Source: Camelus dromedarius (Eukaryota). Taken from it: a DNA stretch of 64,000 nucleotides. This document shows positions 40,201-59,559 of the stretch, one piece after another (within the stretch, counting starts at the first letter, position 1; every line of letters begins with the position of its first letter). The notes under the pieces were generated by a model. That model saw nothing but the letters and a program-made list of their open reading frames with translations, was not told the DNA's origin and searched no databases. Both the position numbers and the translations under genes were made by a program. Location of the stretch: the NCBI RefSeq assembly GCF_036321535.1, contig NC_087471.1, forward strand, positions 5,022,001-5,086,000, written 5' to 3'.

Positions 40201-42700
40201 CCAGAGTTTCGCAACTAGCTCTTTGCTAGCTTCCCTCATTTGCCTTGTTTTCCCCCTCTGTAAAATGGGAATGAGCCTGAGATGGATGGAGGCCCCCCAC
40301 TGAGAGGCTCGGGCACAAACCAGGAGGCTTGGCTGAGCGCCAGCAAATCCGAGTCTTATCACACTAGGTCAGGAGCTCGGTAAAGTGCCTCAGAGCTGCT
40401 GAAGTGGCCTAGAGGGAAAGCCGGAGGAGGTGGAGGAGAGGGAACCTGAGGGGCTCATCACCCCCACCCACCCACCTTGAAGAGTGGGCCTCAGGAGTTG
40501 CCGTCTCCGTGGGCTACCTCTCCAGAGCCCACGTACCTGGGCAGGCTGATTTGAGAGATTCTGGGTGGAGTACCCAGCCCCCCATGCCTCCTTCCGCAGA
40601 GGATTGAAATTCCACCTATTTCTGTGAGTCAACAGCACAAATATCCCTGAGGGTTTAGTAGTATCAACGATGGCCATCTTGTAGTGCATCTTTGAGCGCA
40701 GAGCCTTGATCATTACAAAGATCGTTTTTTACCATTTAGGATGTAGGCTCAACCATGAGAAGTAACTTGCCCGAAGGCACCTGATGGTGTTTGTGGCTGG
40801 ATGATAAATAAGCGCTTGGCTGGATCAGTCTTCTGAGGGTGGCCCCGAGAGGGGACGGGAAAGCCGAGTTGCTCCTTTAGGAGGTGTGTATCTGGAAGAA
40901 GGCAAACTTGGCTGCTTCTACAACTCTCCACGTGGGGTCGCGTTCTTTGTACCTGTTCTACTAGGTGCCTCGCTCCATCCCCCCATTCTGTGCAGCCTCC
41001 CCTCTGCCTCATAGGGCTGAGGTGGGGGTGATAACAGAGCTGCTCAGAGCTGTGGGGGTGGGAAACTCAGGCAGTTATTACTTTTTATTAGAGCCACAAT
41101 TAACACCCACCATCTAGCAAAAGGATGGACTAGCCAATGATGGGAGCCAGGGAAAGGGGGCTTCTTGGGAATAAATAAACACTCAGTGATTATATACTCC
41201 TAATTATTACCATCAATTTTATTGGTGTTGCTGGATGTGAGAGCCAGCAGTGAAACCGGCCCACAGGGGAAACTCCGCCGAGGCCCTCATGCCTCCCTCT
41301 CTCCCCCAACCACCTCACACTGGCCCCAGCTCCCACCCCAGATTGGAGGAACAAGAACCACCAAGGGCAGGAGCGCCCCAGGAAGGTCCCAGCTACCATC
41401 AGTCTCTAGGCTCAGGCATTGTAATGAGCGTGAAAGTATCCTTGTCTCCTTGGAGAAGAAGGATGTGACTGACCCAGTGGGGGACAGCTCAGGAGGAACA
41501 GGGGCTTGCAGAAAGGGGAAGGGACATCCATGCCTCTGGAAGTAAGGGTGCCTGGGCTGACTGTGTGCATGCGAGCCTCGGGTCCTTTGGAACCTACTGC
41601 AGAACTGCCTCCCCCGCCTCGGTGCCTTTCAGAGCCATGCACCTGACCTTAGCATCACACGCCTCTCTCGAGGCCATTCGCTGGAGAAGAGCTCTCCTGT
41701 CCCCACTCTACACCAACCCAGCCGGGGCGGTCTCTCAGATGGAGACCCTTGGTCCTGATGACTGTGCTTGGAAAATCTAAGGGACAGGATGTCAGGGCTC
41801 GGCATGGAAGGGTGTGAGGCTGGCAGCTGAGGAGGGTTCACCCTCCTCGGCTTTGAAAGAGCAAGTGGACTCTGCCTCTCATGCCCTTTGGTCCTGAGCT
41901 GTTGACACAGTCACCTGGTTACACTGGGTTGCTAAGCAGCTCTCTGGACATACAGATGACCCACCCGGGGCGGGTGACCAGACAGGCACACAGTGGGCTC
42001 CATTCTCCATGTGCAGAAAGCTGGGCACTCAGGGGGAGAAGTGTCTCCTGACCCTGGGAGGCGTCCTAGGGGAGCAGCAGTCAGAGTGATGTTTATCTTT
42101 CTACTGGGTGACAGACTGCCAACATGTCTGGGAGACTCACCCCACTTTCCCTGGCAACCTCTCCCTGGCACAGCATGAGGGCCCATTCCCCATTTGAAAA
42201 AAGCGGGATAGACATTGCCAGGACAGTGTGGCTGGGGGACCCAACAGGTGCCTGCTAAGCCAAGAGCACATGAATGTGCTTGGAGGGGGCAGAAACCGAG
42301 ACACAGCACCTAGCAGATTCCCCACTGTGAGGAGCGGGCATCTGAGGCTACAGGTAAGACACAGGGTACCAGGGCCCTGAGACTGAAGATGGGTAAGGAA
42401 CCCTAATCCACAGGCAGTAGGTCTCCTCAAGGATCAGCCTTCTCTGAGCCACCTCTTTGTCTCTAGTCCTACCACCAAAGAAATCTTAGTTCTGTGCAGG
42501 ACATATTCTTCTAAGGGCCCTACATACATTAATACATTATAACCGATCTAATGCATTCAAATCACGCACTAACTCTGCCGGGTAGGTAGCATGATTCTCC
42601 ACACTTTCCAGACAAGGAAGCTGAGATACAAATGGGCAAAGGAACATGGTTGAGACCAGCCAGCTAGTAAGCAGCAGAATCAGGCTCGGGTAGAGTAGGT

Positions 42701-42706
42701 TTTATT
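42701..42706 (-). terminator. Candidate LGI3 polyadenylation signal
   Basis: TTTATT on + (AATAAA on -), about 1.85 kb after the stop, next to a MIR-like segment (about 42530-42690). Confidence 0.5.
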
Positions 42707-44549
42707 ATTTACTTGACAGAAGTAGAAGCTCAGCTCAGGAAATCAGTCCCCTTGCTTCAGATCTCACACCCAGGGTGGAGGGTGGCCAGGATGCTGCGTG
42801 TTTGCCCAGCAGAGGAGAATGGAGAGGAGAGGGCCTGCAGAGCTTGTCCTTGGTCCTGTTGGTTGGACTTGACCTGACCGAGGGAAAGACTCCAGTCTCA
42901 GCGGGCCCCAAGACTGTGATCTCCAGGAAGGAACACTTGGCCATTAGTCAGCCTCAGCTGGTGGAGACCAGTCACACTTGCCCAGCACCTGAGTGTCACC
43001 ACTATGAACTTTGACCCCCGCAGCAGCTGACCTTGGGGTGCCCCCTCACTCTGCAGAGGGAAGGGAGCAGGGAGAAAGGGGTTCCGAAAGCTGAAGCTGG
43101 TCCCCTGTTTCTTAATGAAACAGTTGCCACCGACCGTCACCCTTGAACACCTGAGACCCATCAGTGGGGTGGGAACTTTTTATCTGAAGCAAGTGAATCA
43201 GAGCATTGCCCCCAAGTGCCCTTGAGCATCCTGCTACCGAGAGGCCCTCATACAGTCTGGGCACAGGGAAGAGCCTCCCTGCGCCACGCCTTCCCCACCA
43301 GCCTTGCATCTCAGCCATCTATTCCCAGCGTACAGCAGAGGGCAGCAGAAGCTTGGCTCCCACAGGACCCTCACTCCCTCCCCTCTCCCGCATTCAGCTT
43401 GCACTGCAAGGCCGTGCTCCTGGGGTGTGCCTCTGTGGTTTGGAGGGGTCTCAGGGCCTCCGAGATGCTCTCCAGCCCAGCTCCACTCCAGGCACCCGTC
43501 CAGATGGCTCAGGTGCCTGCAGCATCCCTGGCCTGTCCAGTGCTTGGATGCACCCAAAGGAGCCAGCACAGCACTGGATCCATATCCCAAAAGCGGAGCT
43601 AAATCCGGGTCTGGTCCAAGGCTGGGGCAGCTGCAGGAAAGAAAAGCAGAAATGCTTTCATCTGGGTGGTCTCACTGTCCACCAATGAGCCGGATTCAGG
43701 ATCAGAGAGGGAAACTCCAGCGAGAACAGAGACAGCACTGGGAAGAAATCAGGCTTTGCTGGGGCTGTTGTTCTTATTGCTTCCAGCAGAGGGGCTTTGC
43801 CCCTAGGAGGTCAAGCTGGTGCCCAGAGGCTGGCACCACCATTCCCATCTTTATCAGCCGCAGGGTGGGCATGGCAGGGGTGAGCAGAGGAGGACATGGA
43901 CTATGTGCCCCTCCAGGAAGACAGGCAAGGTGATGGAGCGGGGAGCCCCTTTAGGCGGTGCTGAATCTGCATGAGTGCACGTGGAAATGGGTGTGTAGAC
44001 AGGTGTGTGTGCGTGTAACTGAAGGAGTCCATCAGGGTCCACATGTGCGTGCAGAGGAAGGTAGTGTGGGTGAGTGCACCTGGCAACACGAAGGGTGTGG
44101 CTGTGGGCTGCGATGCGGAGCACGAGCAGGTAAACAGACACCTGGAGCACCAACAGGAAAGACCACAGGATCAGAAGGGTAAGCTGAGGAACAGGAGGGA
44201 GCAGTTCAGCCTCTGCCCTCCCAGCTCCCCTCCTGGGGGCCAGAGCTTGTGGAAGGCGGCAGTGCAAGGGAGGCTGCGGATGGAATGTGGGGAGAACAGG
44301 TGTCCATGTGTGGGAGGGCACCGGGTGCTGGGTCGCCTGGTGTGCAGACAAGTCTTCATGCTGATTACAACGAAGAGAAGTGGCATCTCTGGGCTGCGGT
44401 CCATGGCACGGCCCGTGCTCACCGGGGGTGTGTGCACGTGAGAGCACGTATGCGGGTTGGCTACGTGGGTCTTCACGGGGGCACCTGTGCTGTTCATCCG
44501 GAGACTCCCACCCAGCTTCCCGTGGCTGCCCAAGGAACCCAGAGGCCCC

Positions 44550-51620
<7,071 letters not shown>

Positions 51621-52220
51621 CAAGTGCATCCTATCACGACAAGACTGCACGCGTGCACACCTGTCCCTGCACGGGCACGGGCGCTTACTCCCTGGAGGAG
51701 GCATTTCTGCACTCTGAGTTCACGAGCCTCTATGTACCTGTGCCTTTGTCTTGGCCCTCAGCGGCCTCTAGGCAGAGTTCATGGGCATGTCAGAGGTGAC
51801 ATGTGTATGTGTTCACGTGCCTCCACGAGCTAATAAAAGAATGTGCCTTTGTGTCTGTGTGAGCGGAAAGGGGTAATGTTGTCCCTGGAGTTGGAGTGGG
51901 AATGTGAGGAATTCCGGAACATTCCTCACTACACCACCACAGCCTGCTGGAGCTGGGAAGAGCCTTGGACCGTTCCAGTCCAGCCCTTTTTTTATCAAAG
52001 AGGAAACAGAGGCCCAAATCAAGAGGAAAGCAGCCAAGCTTGATACCATATCTACTACGTGTTGTGTACTCTACCTACTTAATCGCCTCAACCTTTTGAG
52101 GTCTTTCATGTTAACCCCCTTTTACAGATAAGAAAAGTGAGGCCGGAAGTACCAGAAGAAAGTGACAGAGTAGGGATTTCAACCCCTCAGCCTGACTCCA
52201 AACTTCGCAGCTGTCCTACG

Positions 52221-52700
52221 CAGAGATTTTCAACGTCTGGTCCAGGGAGCCCGGGGGTCCTCGAGAACCTTCCAGGGAGTTTCTGAAGTCAAAAGAATTT
52301 CCCTAATAATGTTAAAACTTATTTGCCCTTTTCATTTTCATGCTCTCCCCGAAGTACCCTGGAATTTTTCAGGCGCTCGCTACGTGATGGATCTTATAAT
52401 AAATTAAATCAATGAAATTAAAGAAATTTGAATAAATGGAAAACAATGACACTCTCCTCCCGAATTTTTTTTTGCCTTGTGAAATAGTTAATTTCATTTA
52501 AAACGTATGTTATGTATGTTATAACATGTAATGGGTTTATTATTGCTATTCTAAAAATTATTTTATTATTTTAAAAATTCTCAGTAAATATCAATATAGT
52601 ATTAATTGATACAACCCACAGAAACAAAAGCTCTTTGGGATCCTCAATACTTTTTAAGAGTGCTAAGGAGTCCTGAAACTGGAAAGTTTAAGAACTGCTC
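52221..52700. mobile_element. Internally deleted hAT-Charlie (Charlie1-like) DNA transposon
   Basis: 5' cagagattttcaac...ggggtcctcgagaaccttcc...gtcaaaagaatttccctaataat and 3' aaacaaaagctctttgggatcctcaatactttttaagagtg...aagtttaagaactgc match the Charlie1 termini as recalled. A MIR lies at about 52100-52215. Confidence 0.65.
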
Positions 52701-53319
52701 GTCTATATTATGTTACTTACAGGTGAGTGTGTGTGTGTGTGTGTGACTGTTGCAAGAGCTCATGGGTACAGTCAGGTGGCTGGGCTCCCAGTGTAGTGTT
52801 CTTTCCATCAATCCAGGAAACTGAGATCACTGGGTTTAAGATGCTTCTCCAGCTGTCCCCAGCCTCTGCCAGCAGGGGATTCTCTGGTCTGAGCTTAAGT
52901 CCATGTTTTCTCAGCCAGGGATGCCCCTGCCCTTTGATGCTCACTAGCCACTGCCAGTCCAGCTGCCCATGCTGCCCTCCCCATGCCAGCCTGCGGGAAG
53001 ACAAGCAGTGGGGGTGGGGAGGGTGGCGGGGGCAGCTGGGCAACCATCCCCACCCGTCCCTGGCACGGCTTTGCCCAGCACACAAAGGGCAGAGTGAATC
53101 TTGCCCATCCCCTGCAGCTGAGGGGCTGGAAGGGGGAAGAGGGGAGGCCCACACAGAAGGAGTGGCTACCATGGGGCTCGCCATCACTCAGGGTTCTCGG
53201 AGGGGTTTAACCCAGAGACAGACAGAAAAGGGGAACGTGGGTCCTAGTCTTAGCTAGTGAGGGGAGGTGCCCTGGAGGGCGAAATAGATGATGATACTGA
53301 CGATGATTGGACTTTCACA

Positions 53320-53450
53320 TCGTGGTGTCATTGGATCCTCACAACAGCTTGGAGAGGGGGACAGAAAAGGCCGTATTAGTCCCATTTCACAGATGAACAC
53401 ACTAAAGCCGAGAAAGGCAGAATGACTCGTTCAGGGCCCCAGAGCTGGCC
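53320..53450. mobile_element. MIR SINE
   Basis: tcctcacaacagc...cccatttcacagatgaacacactaaagcc. Confidence 0.7.
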
Positions 53451-55371
53451 AGTGAAGCACCGAGGCCTCCATGTACTGAAGGAATGAACTACTGACCCCT
53501 CATCAGGAGTCCCCTCATGTTTGGACACAGACTTATCATTGAAGAGAGTCACATGTTGGCTGCATGCGTGCACCTTGCCCTGCGTGAAGCCTCGGGAAAG
53601 CATGGTCTCAGGGCCGGCAGCCTGGTTCAGAAGAAAGGCAACAAAAAACAGCCACATAGCTGATGGGAACAGCAGTCTTGTTCTCATCAGGTGACAGGTG
53701 AGAGTGCAGCCGAGAAGCTGGGCGGTCTCTGAGGAGGAAGGGACACTGTGGGCTGAGGCCGTGAGCACAGAGGAGGTGCCACTGGCTCTTGCCTGGCCTT
53801 TTAGGGTGGGTGGTATTCAGAGCAGTGAAGAGGCATTGAGGGTGCACTTTTTAGGAGGGAGAAGTGGCCTAAGGGAAGGCCAAAAAGAGAAAAGACTGCA
53901 GCAGGGGATTGGCTCCAAGGGCGAGGTGACAGCGGTGCCTGCCCAGCTAAAGGTCCCTCTCCCCTTTCCTGAAAAGGAAGGCAAGACTCCCAAGACCTCT
54001 GCCAGGTCAGTGCAAGCACCTGAACTTCCTTTAGGAAACTTGAGAGCACCCTTCCTTCCCCAACCTCCAAGTAGGTGAAAAACGAGTTAAAAAAAGAAAA
54101 AAGAAAGAAAGAAAAAACAAAGTTGTAAGAACTACAGCCTAAGGACAGCCTACAGGGGAGACTGACAACCCAAGGGAGCAGAGGCCTCTTTCCAAGAAAA
54201 AGACCCCTTTCCTAGCAGCCAGTGATGGTGGCAAGCCCTAGGCACAGCGCCTGCTCAGAACGAGCTCCACAGCTGGACTATGTACCACCCCCTCCCAGAT
54301 GCCCACAGGGCCCCCCAAGATGCTTGCCATTCTCCTTGGTTCTCCCGCTGGCCCACTGCCCACCTGGCTCAGGTCCAGTATGTGTGAGTCAGCCAATCAA
54401 TCCCAGTGTTGCCAGGACAACCAGGGGCGGGAGTGGGGGCCCCGGGGGACAGGCAGGGGTGGACACTGCAGGCGGGCTGCCTTCCGCATCTGGCACCTGC
54501 ACACAGCTGAAGCTGCACACAGTTAAGAGGAGGATGTTTCTTCCCCTCTTCTTCCTGGATCCCCCTTCCCCTCTTTCACGCCTCCTAGGACACTTGCTGC
54601 TAGAGGCTTAGGCAAATATTTAAAGCAGCAGTTGGGGGTGAGGATGCAAACACTTGGGGGTGGGTGCTGGGAGCAAACACTTCCATCCCTCTCTCCTTCC
54701 CCGGGCTTCTCAGGGGCTCTCAGCTCAGATGCCATGCTGTTGTGCAACCTGGAGGCTGAAGGTTCTCCAGCTGGAGAGGGGGGTCCTTGTGGGGACAGGG
54801 GGACCTGCCAGAGCTGGAGAGGTAGGGGCAAGCTCGTGACTGAAGGGCAGGGCCAAGGTGTGGGGGAGCCCCAGCAAGGGACAGGAATTGGGGTGAATTG
54901 TTGGAGTTCAAGGACAGGGAGGACAGGGTGAAGCCAAGAGAGGAGCTTGGTGAGGGGCCCTGACTTACACATGCATGCAAGTTTAGAGGTGGAGGTGCTG
55001 TGGGGACCACCTGGCCCAGCCAGTGGAGGGAGCTCAGGAGGAAGGATGCAGCCATTAGTGGGTGTGGTTTACTACAACAAAGCAACAGAGATGGCTTTGG
55101 GGAAGGAGGCAGGAAGGAGGAAGAGGGGAGAAGAGAAAGGTCCAGAAAGTGGTTCACATCTGGGTGAGTAGCATTCTCAGGGCAAATGTAGGATCAGAGG
55201 CTATACAAAGAAGAATGTAGAGGGGTTGGGTGAGGGGCAGCACTGATCAGGTGGGCTGATTCAAGGACGAGGAGACTGGGACCCCATCAGTCACGCCACC
55301 CAGTCCTGTGCAAGGCTGTTGGGAGGAAGGAAGAAGTGTCAGGCATGGAGCTGCCATCAAAAGCCTTCAGC

Positions 55372-56078
55372 GTGATCTCTGGAAATGGTTTGCTGGTCAC
55401 TTGATGCCGAAAACTCCAAATCAAGAAGCTCAAATCTTCATGTTCACTTTAAGAACATTTGTGAAACTGCCCAGGCCATCAAGGGTCTGCATATCAGAAA
55501 AGCCACCAAGTATCTGAAGAATGTCACTTTATAGAAGCAATGTGTGCTGTTCTGTCATTACAATCGTGGGCTGGTAGGTGTACCCAGTCCAAACAGTGGG
55601 GTGGCCCAAAAAGAGTGCTGAATTTTTGCTGCACATGCTTAATAATGCAGAGAATGGGGGCGGGTATTATCTCAGTGGTCGAGCGCCTGCATAACAGGCA
55701 GGAGGTCCTGGGTTCAATCCCCAGGATTTCCATTTGAAAAAAAAAAAAAAAGATTAAAAAAACAACTTTAAAAAACGCAGAGTCATGCTGAACTGAAGGG
55801 TTTAGATGTAGATTCTCTGACCATCAAGCACATGCAGGTGAACAGGTCCCCAAGATGCAGCACAGAACCTGACAGAGCTTGTGGTCGGGTTAACCCCTAC
55901 ACGACTTCCCCTGCCACATTGAGATGATCCTCACTGAAAAACGAGCAGATTGTTCCTAAAGCCGAAGTTGCACAGAAGAGAAAGACGTCCCAGAAGAAAC
56001 AGAAGAAACAAAAAACGTATGGTCTGGAAATAAATTCAGCGTATAATAAATGCAAATAAAAGTCAAAGCAGGGGGAAG
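55372..56078 (+). pseudogene. RPL17: Processed (retro) pseudogene of 60S ribosomal protein L17
   Basis: Intronless match to RPL17 mRNA: gtgatctctggaaATG (55385), [56 protein letters not shown] and a 3' UTR with AATAAA. Premature TAG at 55532-55534 plus indels. Perfect 13-bp TSD AAAAGCCTTCAGC at 55359-55371 and 56079-56091. Confidence 0.95.
55653..55770 (+). mobile_element. tRNA-derived SINE inserted into the RPL17 retrocopy
   Basis: ggggcgggtattatctcagtggtcgagcgcctgc...gaggtcctgggttcaatcccc followed by poly-A. Degenerate 12-bp TSD aataatgcagag (55641-55652) and aaaaacgcagag (55771-55782), derived from RPL17 coding sequence. Confidence 0.9.
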
Positions 56079-56429
56079 AAAAGCCTTCAGCTTATAAACA
56101 AACCTATAGCAAAGAATGAAAAACTGCCTGTTAGGAAGAATTTATAACCGGAGGGGACAGTTATCAGAATTTGGGAAAGAATGACTGGGGGCATGTCTGA
56201 GGTTAGGTACGAGATGTGTGGGAGGAGGTGAGGCAGGTAAAGTACTTGAAGTGAAAATCTGATGCTCCCAGAGACTTTACGGACCCCTTGTGAACCTCAC
56301 ACTGATGCCAAAGCACCCCGTGCCTTTAGCAGTGCCCCTCTGCTCCACAGGCACAGCCTCCTCACTCGCCTTCCTGGAGCTCAACTCTCTGCTTGGGGGA
56401 AATTCTGTTGGAAATGTGGACTTCCGAGT

Positions 56430-56796
56430 GGGTCAGATCCTTGACTGCCTGAGGTTAAGCCTGGCAGAAGAACAGGGAAAGCCACAGGGCTGCAGGGGCA
56501 GGTGCCAGCAAGGAAGGTGGGCATGCCAGGAAGATACCCACGGTGAGAGGTGCAGATTGCCCAAGGGCCAGTTTGCGCAGCTCATCCAGCTTTGCTTTCA
56601 ACGGGTCCAAGAGGACTCTCACGTGTCAAGTTATCGGGTCCTTGGCTCTGGAGGGTCAGGAACAAACAAGCTTCAAAGTTAAGGGCTTGGCTGGCAGACA
56701 GGCGCTGGGTTTTTCACCTCTGTCCCCTCTCCATCCTGGTACATATAAGACCCTAGTCCCACTTGTAGATGAGGAGGGGAAGGTGTCTTCTACAAG
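56430..56796 (+). promoter_or_regulatory. SFTPC proximal promoter
   Basis: TATAA at 56744-56748, 53 nt before the ATG. Several CAAG/CTTG (NKX2-1-type core) and TTGGC (NFI half-site) motifs; factor assignment is inferred from known SFTPC regulation. Confidence 0.75.
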
Positions 56797-58974
56797 ATGG
56801 ATGTGGGGAGCAAAGAGGTCTTGATGGAGAGCCCGCCGGTGAGTGTGCCTGAGTGTGGCAGTGTATGTGTGTGTGTGTGGTGGATCCTGCCCTCTCCAAT
56901 CTCTCTGGGTCTGTTTCCTTATCCAAATTAATTCACTCAACAAACCTAGGACTGGGTTACATTAGCAAAGGGACACCAACCACTAAGACAGAGACCCTAG
57001 GAGAGACAGAGTCAGCAGCCAATCATTCCCATATTCGAGGCTGTGAGCCACCACAGAGGTCAGAGGAAAGGCCTGTAGAGACCGCTGGGGAGGGAGCCAC
57101 TACCTGGAAGGTCACAGGAAGATTCACAGAGAAAATAAACATCTGAGCTGGCTCCAGAAGAACAAGTAGGAGCTCACCAGGTTGAGAAGGAAGAATGCAT
57201 TGCAGGAAGAAGGGTCAGAATGCATGGATTTGGGGCCAGTGTGGGGGCAGAGAGGAACTGGGCATGGTTGGGGCACCAGGGGTCTGGAGGAAACAGCAGG
57301 AGATGAGACTAGTGAAATAGGCTCTCTGGGGTCTATCCAAGCTAGAGCTCACTTCTATGCATCTATGAGTTTGTTGGAATCCAGGCCCCCTCCTCCAGGA
57401 AGCCTTCTCTGATCTTCTCAGCCCTCCTCTGCATGCCCGTAGCATTGGTTGTTCAGCCCCGGGAGAGTGTCGGAAGGTGTCCAAGTTATGCAGGGAGAAG
57501 AGGGGGCATCTTCATGACCTCACATCTGTCTCTCTGCCTGCCCCACCATGTCAGGACTACTCAGCAGTCCCTCGGGGCCGACTCCGCATCCCCTGCTGTC
57601 CTGTGAACATCAAACGCCTTCTCATCGTGGTCGTGGTGGTGGTCCTTGTTGTCGTGGTGATTGTAGGCGCCCTGCTCATGGGTCTTCACATGAGCCAGAA
57701 ACATACCGAGATGGTGAGCGGGCCTGGGAGAGGGTGGACAGATAGCAAACTGCCCAAGGAGAATGAAGGGAGGAGGCAAGGGGCACCTCGTGGAACGACA
57801 GAGGGGGGATCAGGGTGTCAAACCTGGCCGGGCTTTTGCCGCAGGCCCCAGCCCCATGGTGGGACAGCCCGTTCCCTCCAGCACTTGGTTCTACTCAGCC
57901 TCTCTGAGCTCCCAGGGAAGAAAGAATTGCATTTGAATAAAGAGGACTGAGAGTGGGCATGCACCAAAGGGATGAGTGCGGAAAGAGGAATGCCAGGTAG
58001 CACTATGCCCTCCCCCAGGTCCTAGAGATGAGCATCGCTGGGCCGGAAGCGCAACAACGTCTGGCCCTGAGTGAGCGTGCGGGAACCACTGCCACCTTCT
58101 CCATTGGCCCCACTGGCATCGTGGTGTATGACTACCAGCGGGTGGGTATGCCTGGACCGCGTGATCCTAGGGCTGAGGGACCAATGGCAAGACTCACCCA
58201 GCTGTGCCACACAGACACATCCATCTCTCCCCACCCCTCAGTGCTTTTGCCTCCCCTGGGGGTGCCTGAGCCCCACATTGCAGTATGACTCTCTCCAGGG
58301 CCCAGCCTAGAGGGAGATGGCCAAGGACCAGGGTTTGGGAGTGAGCTAGGCTGCACCTTCCTGAACCTGCTCTGGGGTTCCCGTGCCTAGCTCCTGATTG
58401 CCTACAAGCCGGCCCCGGGAACCTGCTGCTACATCATGAAGATGGCTCCGCAGAGCATCCCAAGTCTGGAGGCTCTCACCAGAAAATTGCAGAACTTTCA
58501 GGTGGGTGTGTGGGTAAGAAGGAGTGGGCTGTCACCCTTCTAGGGCTGCTGGGAGGAGCATTTGAGATGATGGCTCTTTGTTACCTGTAAAGCGCTGCGC
58601 CTTCTGGACTGCCAGGTGAATGCCCTCCCTAGACTCCCTGCACCAAACTGTCCCCACCTGTTCCCCAACCCTACCCCACAGCCAAGCCACTGGCTTCAGC
58701 TGCGCCCATACACCCCCTGGGGGCTTCTGACTCCAACGTAGCCCCTTTACTCAGAGAGATTGCCTAGCATACCTGAGGTCCCACAACAAGGTGAGACAAA
58801 CTCAGTTCCCAGGCTCCAATAAGGTGTTCTTTCCAGGCCAAGCCCTCAGTGCCTACCTCCAAGGTGGGCCAGGAGGAGAGTCATGATGCTGGCTTGGCAT
58901 CCTCCAGGGACCTGGCCTTCCTGGGCAGCACTGTGAGCACCCTGTGTGGCGAGGTGCCCCTCTACTACATCTAG
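56797..58974 (+). CDS. SFTPC: Pulmonary surfactant protein C precursor (proSP-C, BRICHOS domain)
   Basis: Exons 56797-56838, 57555-57713, 58019-58141, 58391-58501, 58837-58974 total 573 nt (190 aa + stop). PPDY motif, palmitoylated CC, poly-Val helix [34 protein letters not shown]; ends [10 protein letters not shown]. Non-coding last exon starts at 59179. Confidence 0.98.
57000..57260. mobile_element. L2 fragment in SFTPC intron 1
   Basis: acatctgagctggctccagaagaacaagtaggagctcaccagg...gaatgcattgcagg resembles L2. Confidence 0.5.
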
Positions 58975-59353
58975 CACCTATCAGGTGAGCAGGCATGACC
59001 TCCAGGGCACTGGAGCAGCACTGGCCCAGAACGGTTTGGGCCATCTTGCTGTGTCACCTGACCAGGCACTGGGGGATCCACTGAGGCTGGGTCACCTCCA
59101 GTGCTCAGGGGAGGGAAGGTTCACAGACAGCCCCCCAGTCCTTCTCTCTCACATAAACAGTGTTCCTTTGCTTCACAGAGCCTCAGGAAGCCCCAAGGGG
59201 ACAGCAAAGATCCAAGAGCAATGGGTCTTTCGGAGACAGGCAGGAAGCCGCTCCTGCGGACACCACTGGGACTGGCCCTGGAGAAATGGGAGCTGTGGGG
59301 AGAGGTGGGCAGAGAAGCAGCGCCTAGGGGGCAGGGGGCTCCTACCACTAGAG

Positions 59354-59359
59354 AATAAA
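59354..59359 (+). terminator. SFTPC polyadenylation signal
   Basis: AATAAA in non-coding exon 6 (intron 58985-59178, GT-AG). Confidence 0.85.
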
Positions 59360-59559
59360 GCAGCCTGACTGAAAAACGAGGGGTGTACCTCCTTTATCCT
59401 CCCCTCAGTCGTCCTCCTGGTGGGGGCCAGCTAGGGGTAGGGTAGGGCCTTGAGGGCGCAAAGCGGTTATTTCCTGTTCTCCCCCGTCCCAGGGTGATGG
59501 GGGCGAGGGACTGGGGAGCAATCCACGGGCTTTAGGCGCCCTCCAGTGGCGTCTCCCGA

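Noticed and set aside
42335-42350. DR4-like CGGGCA-tctg-AGGCTA resembling a recalled hairless thyroid response element
   Set aside because: Both half-sites have two mismatches and the site is about 13 kb from HR exon 1; too weak without conservation data.
55656-55730. tRNA-like sequence (also at 20385-20464)
   Set aside because: Poly-A tail, TSDs and degenerate stems indicate tRNA-derived SINEs, not functional tRNA genes.
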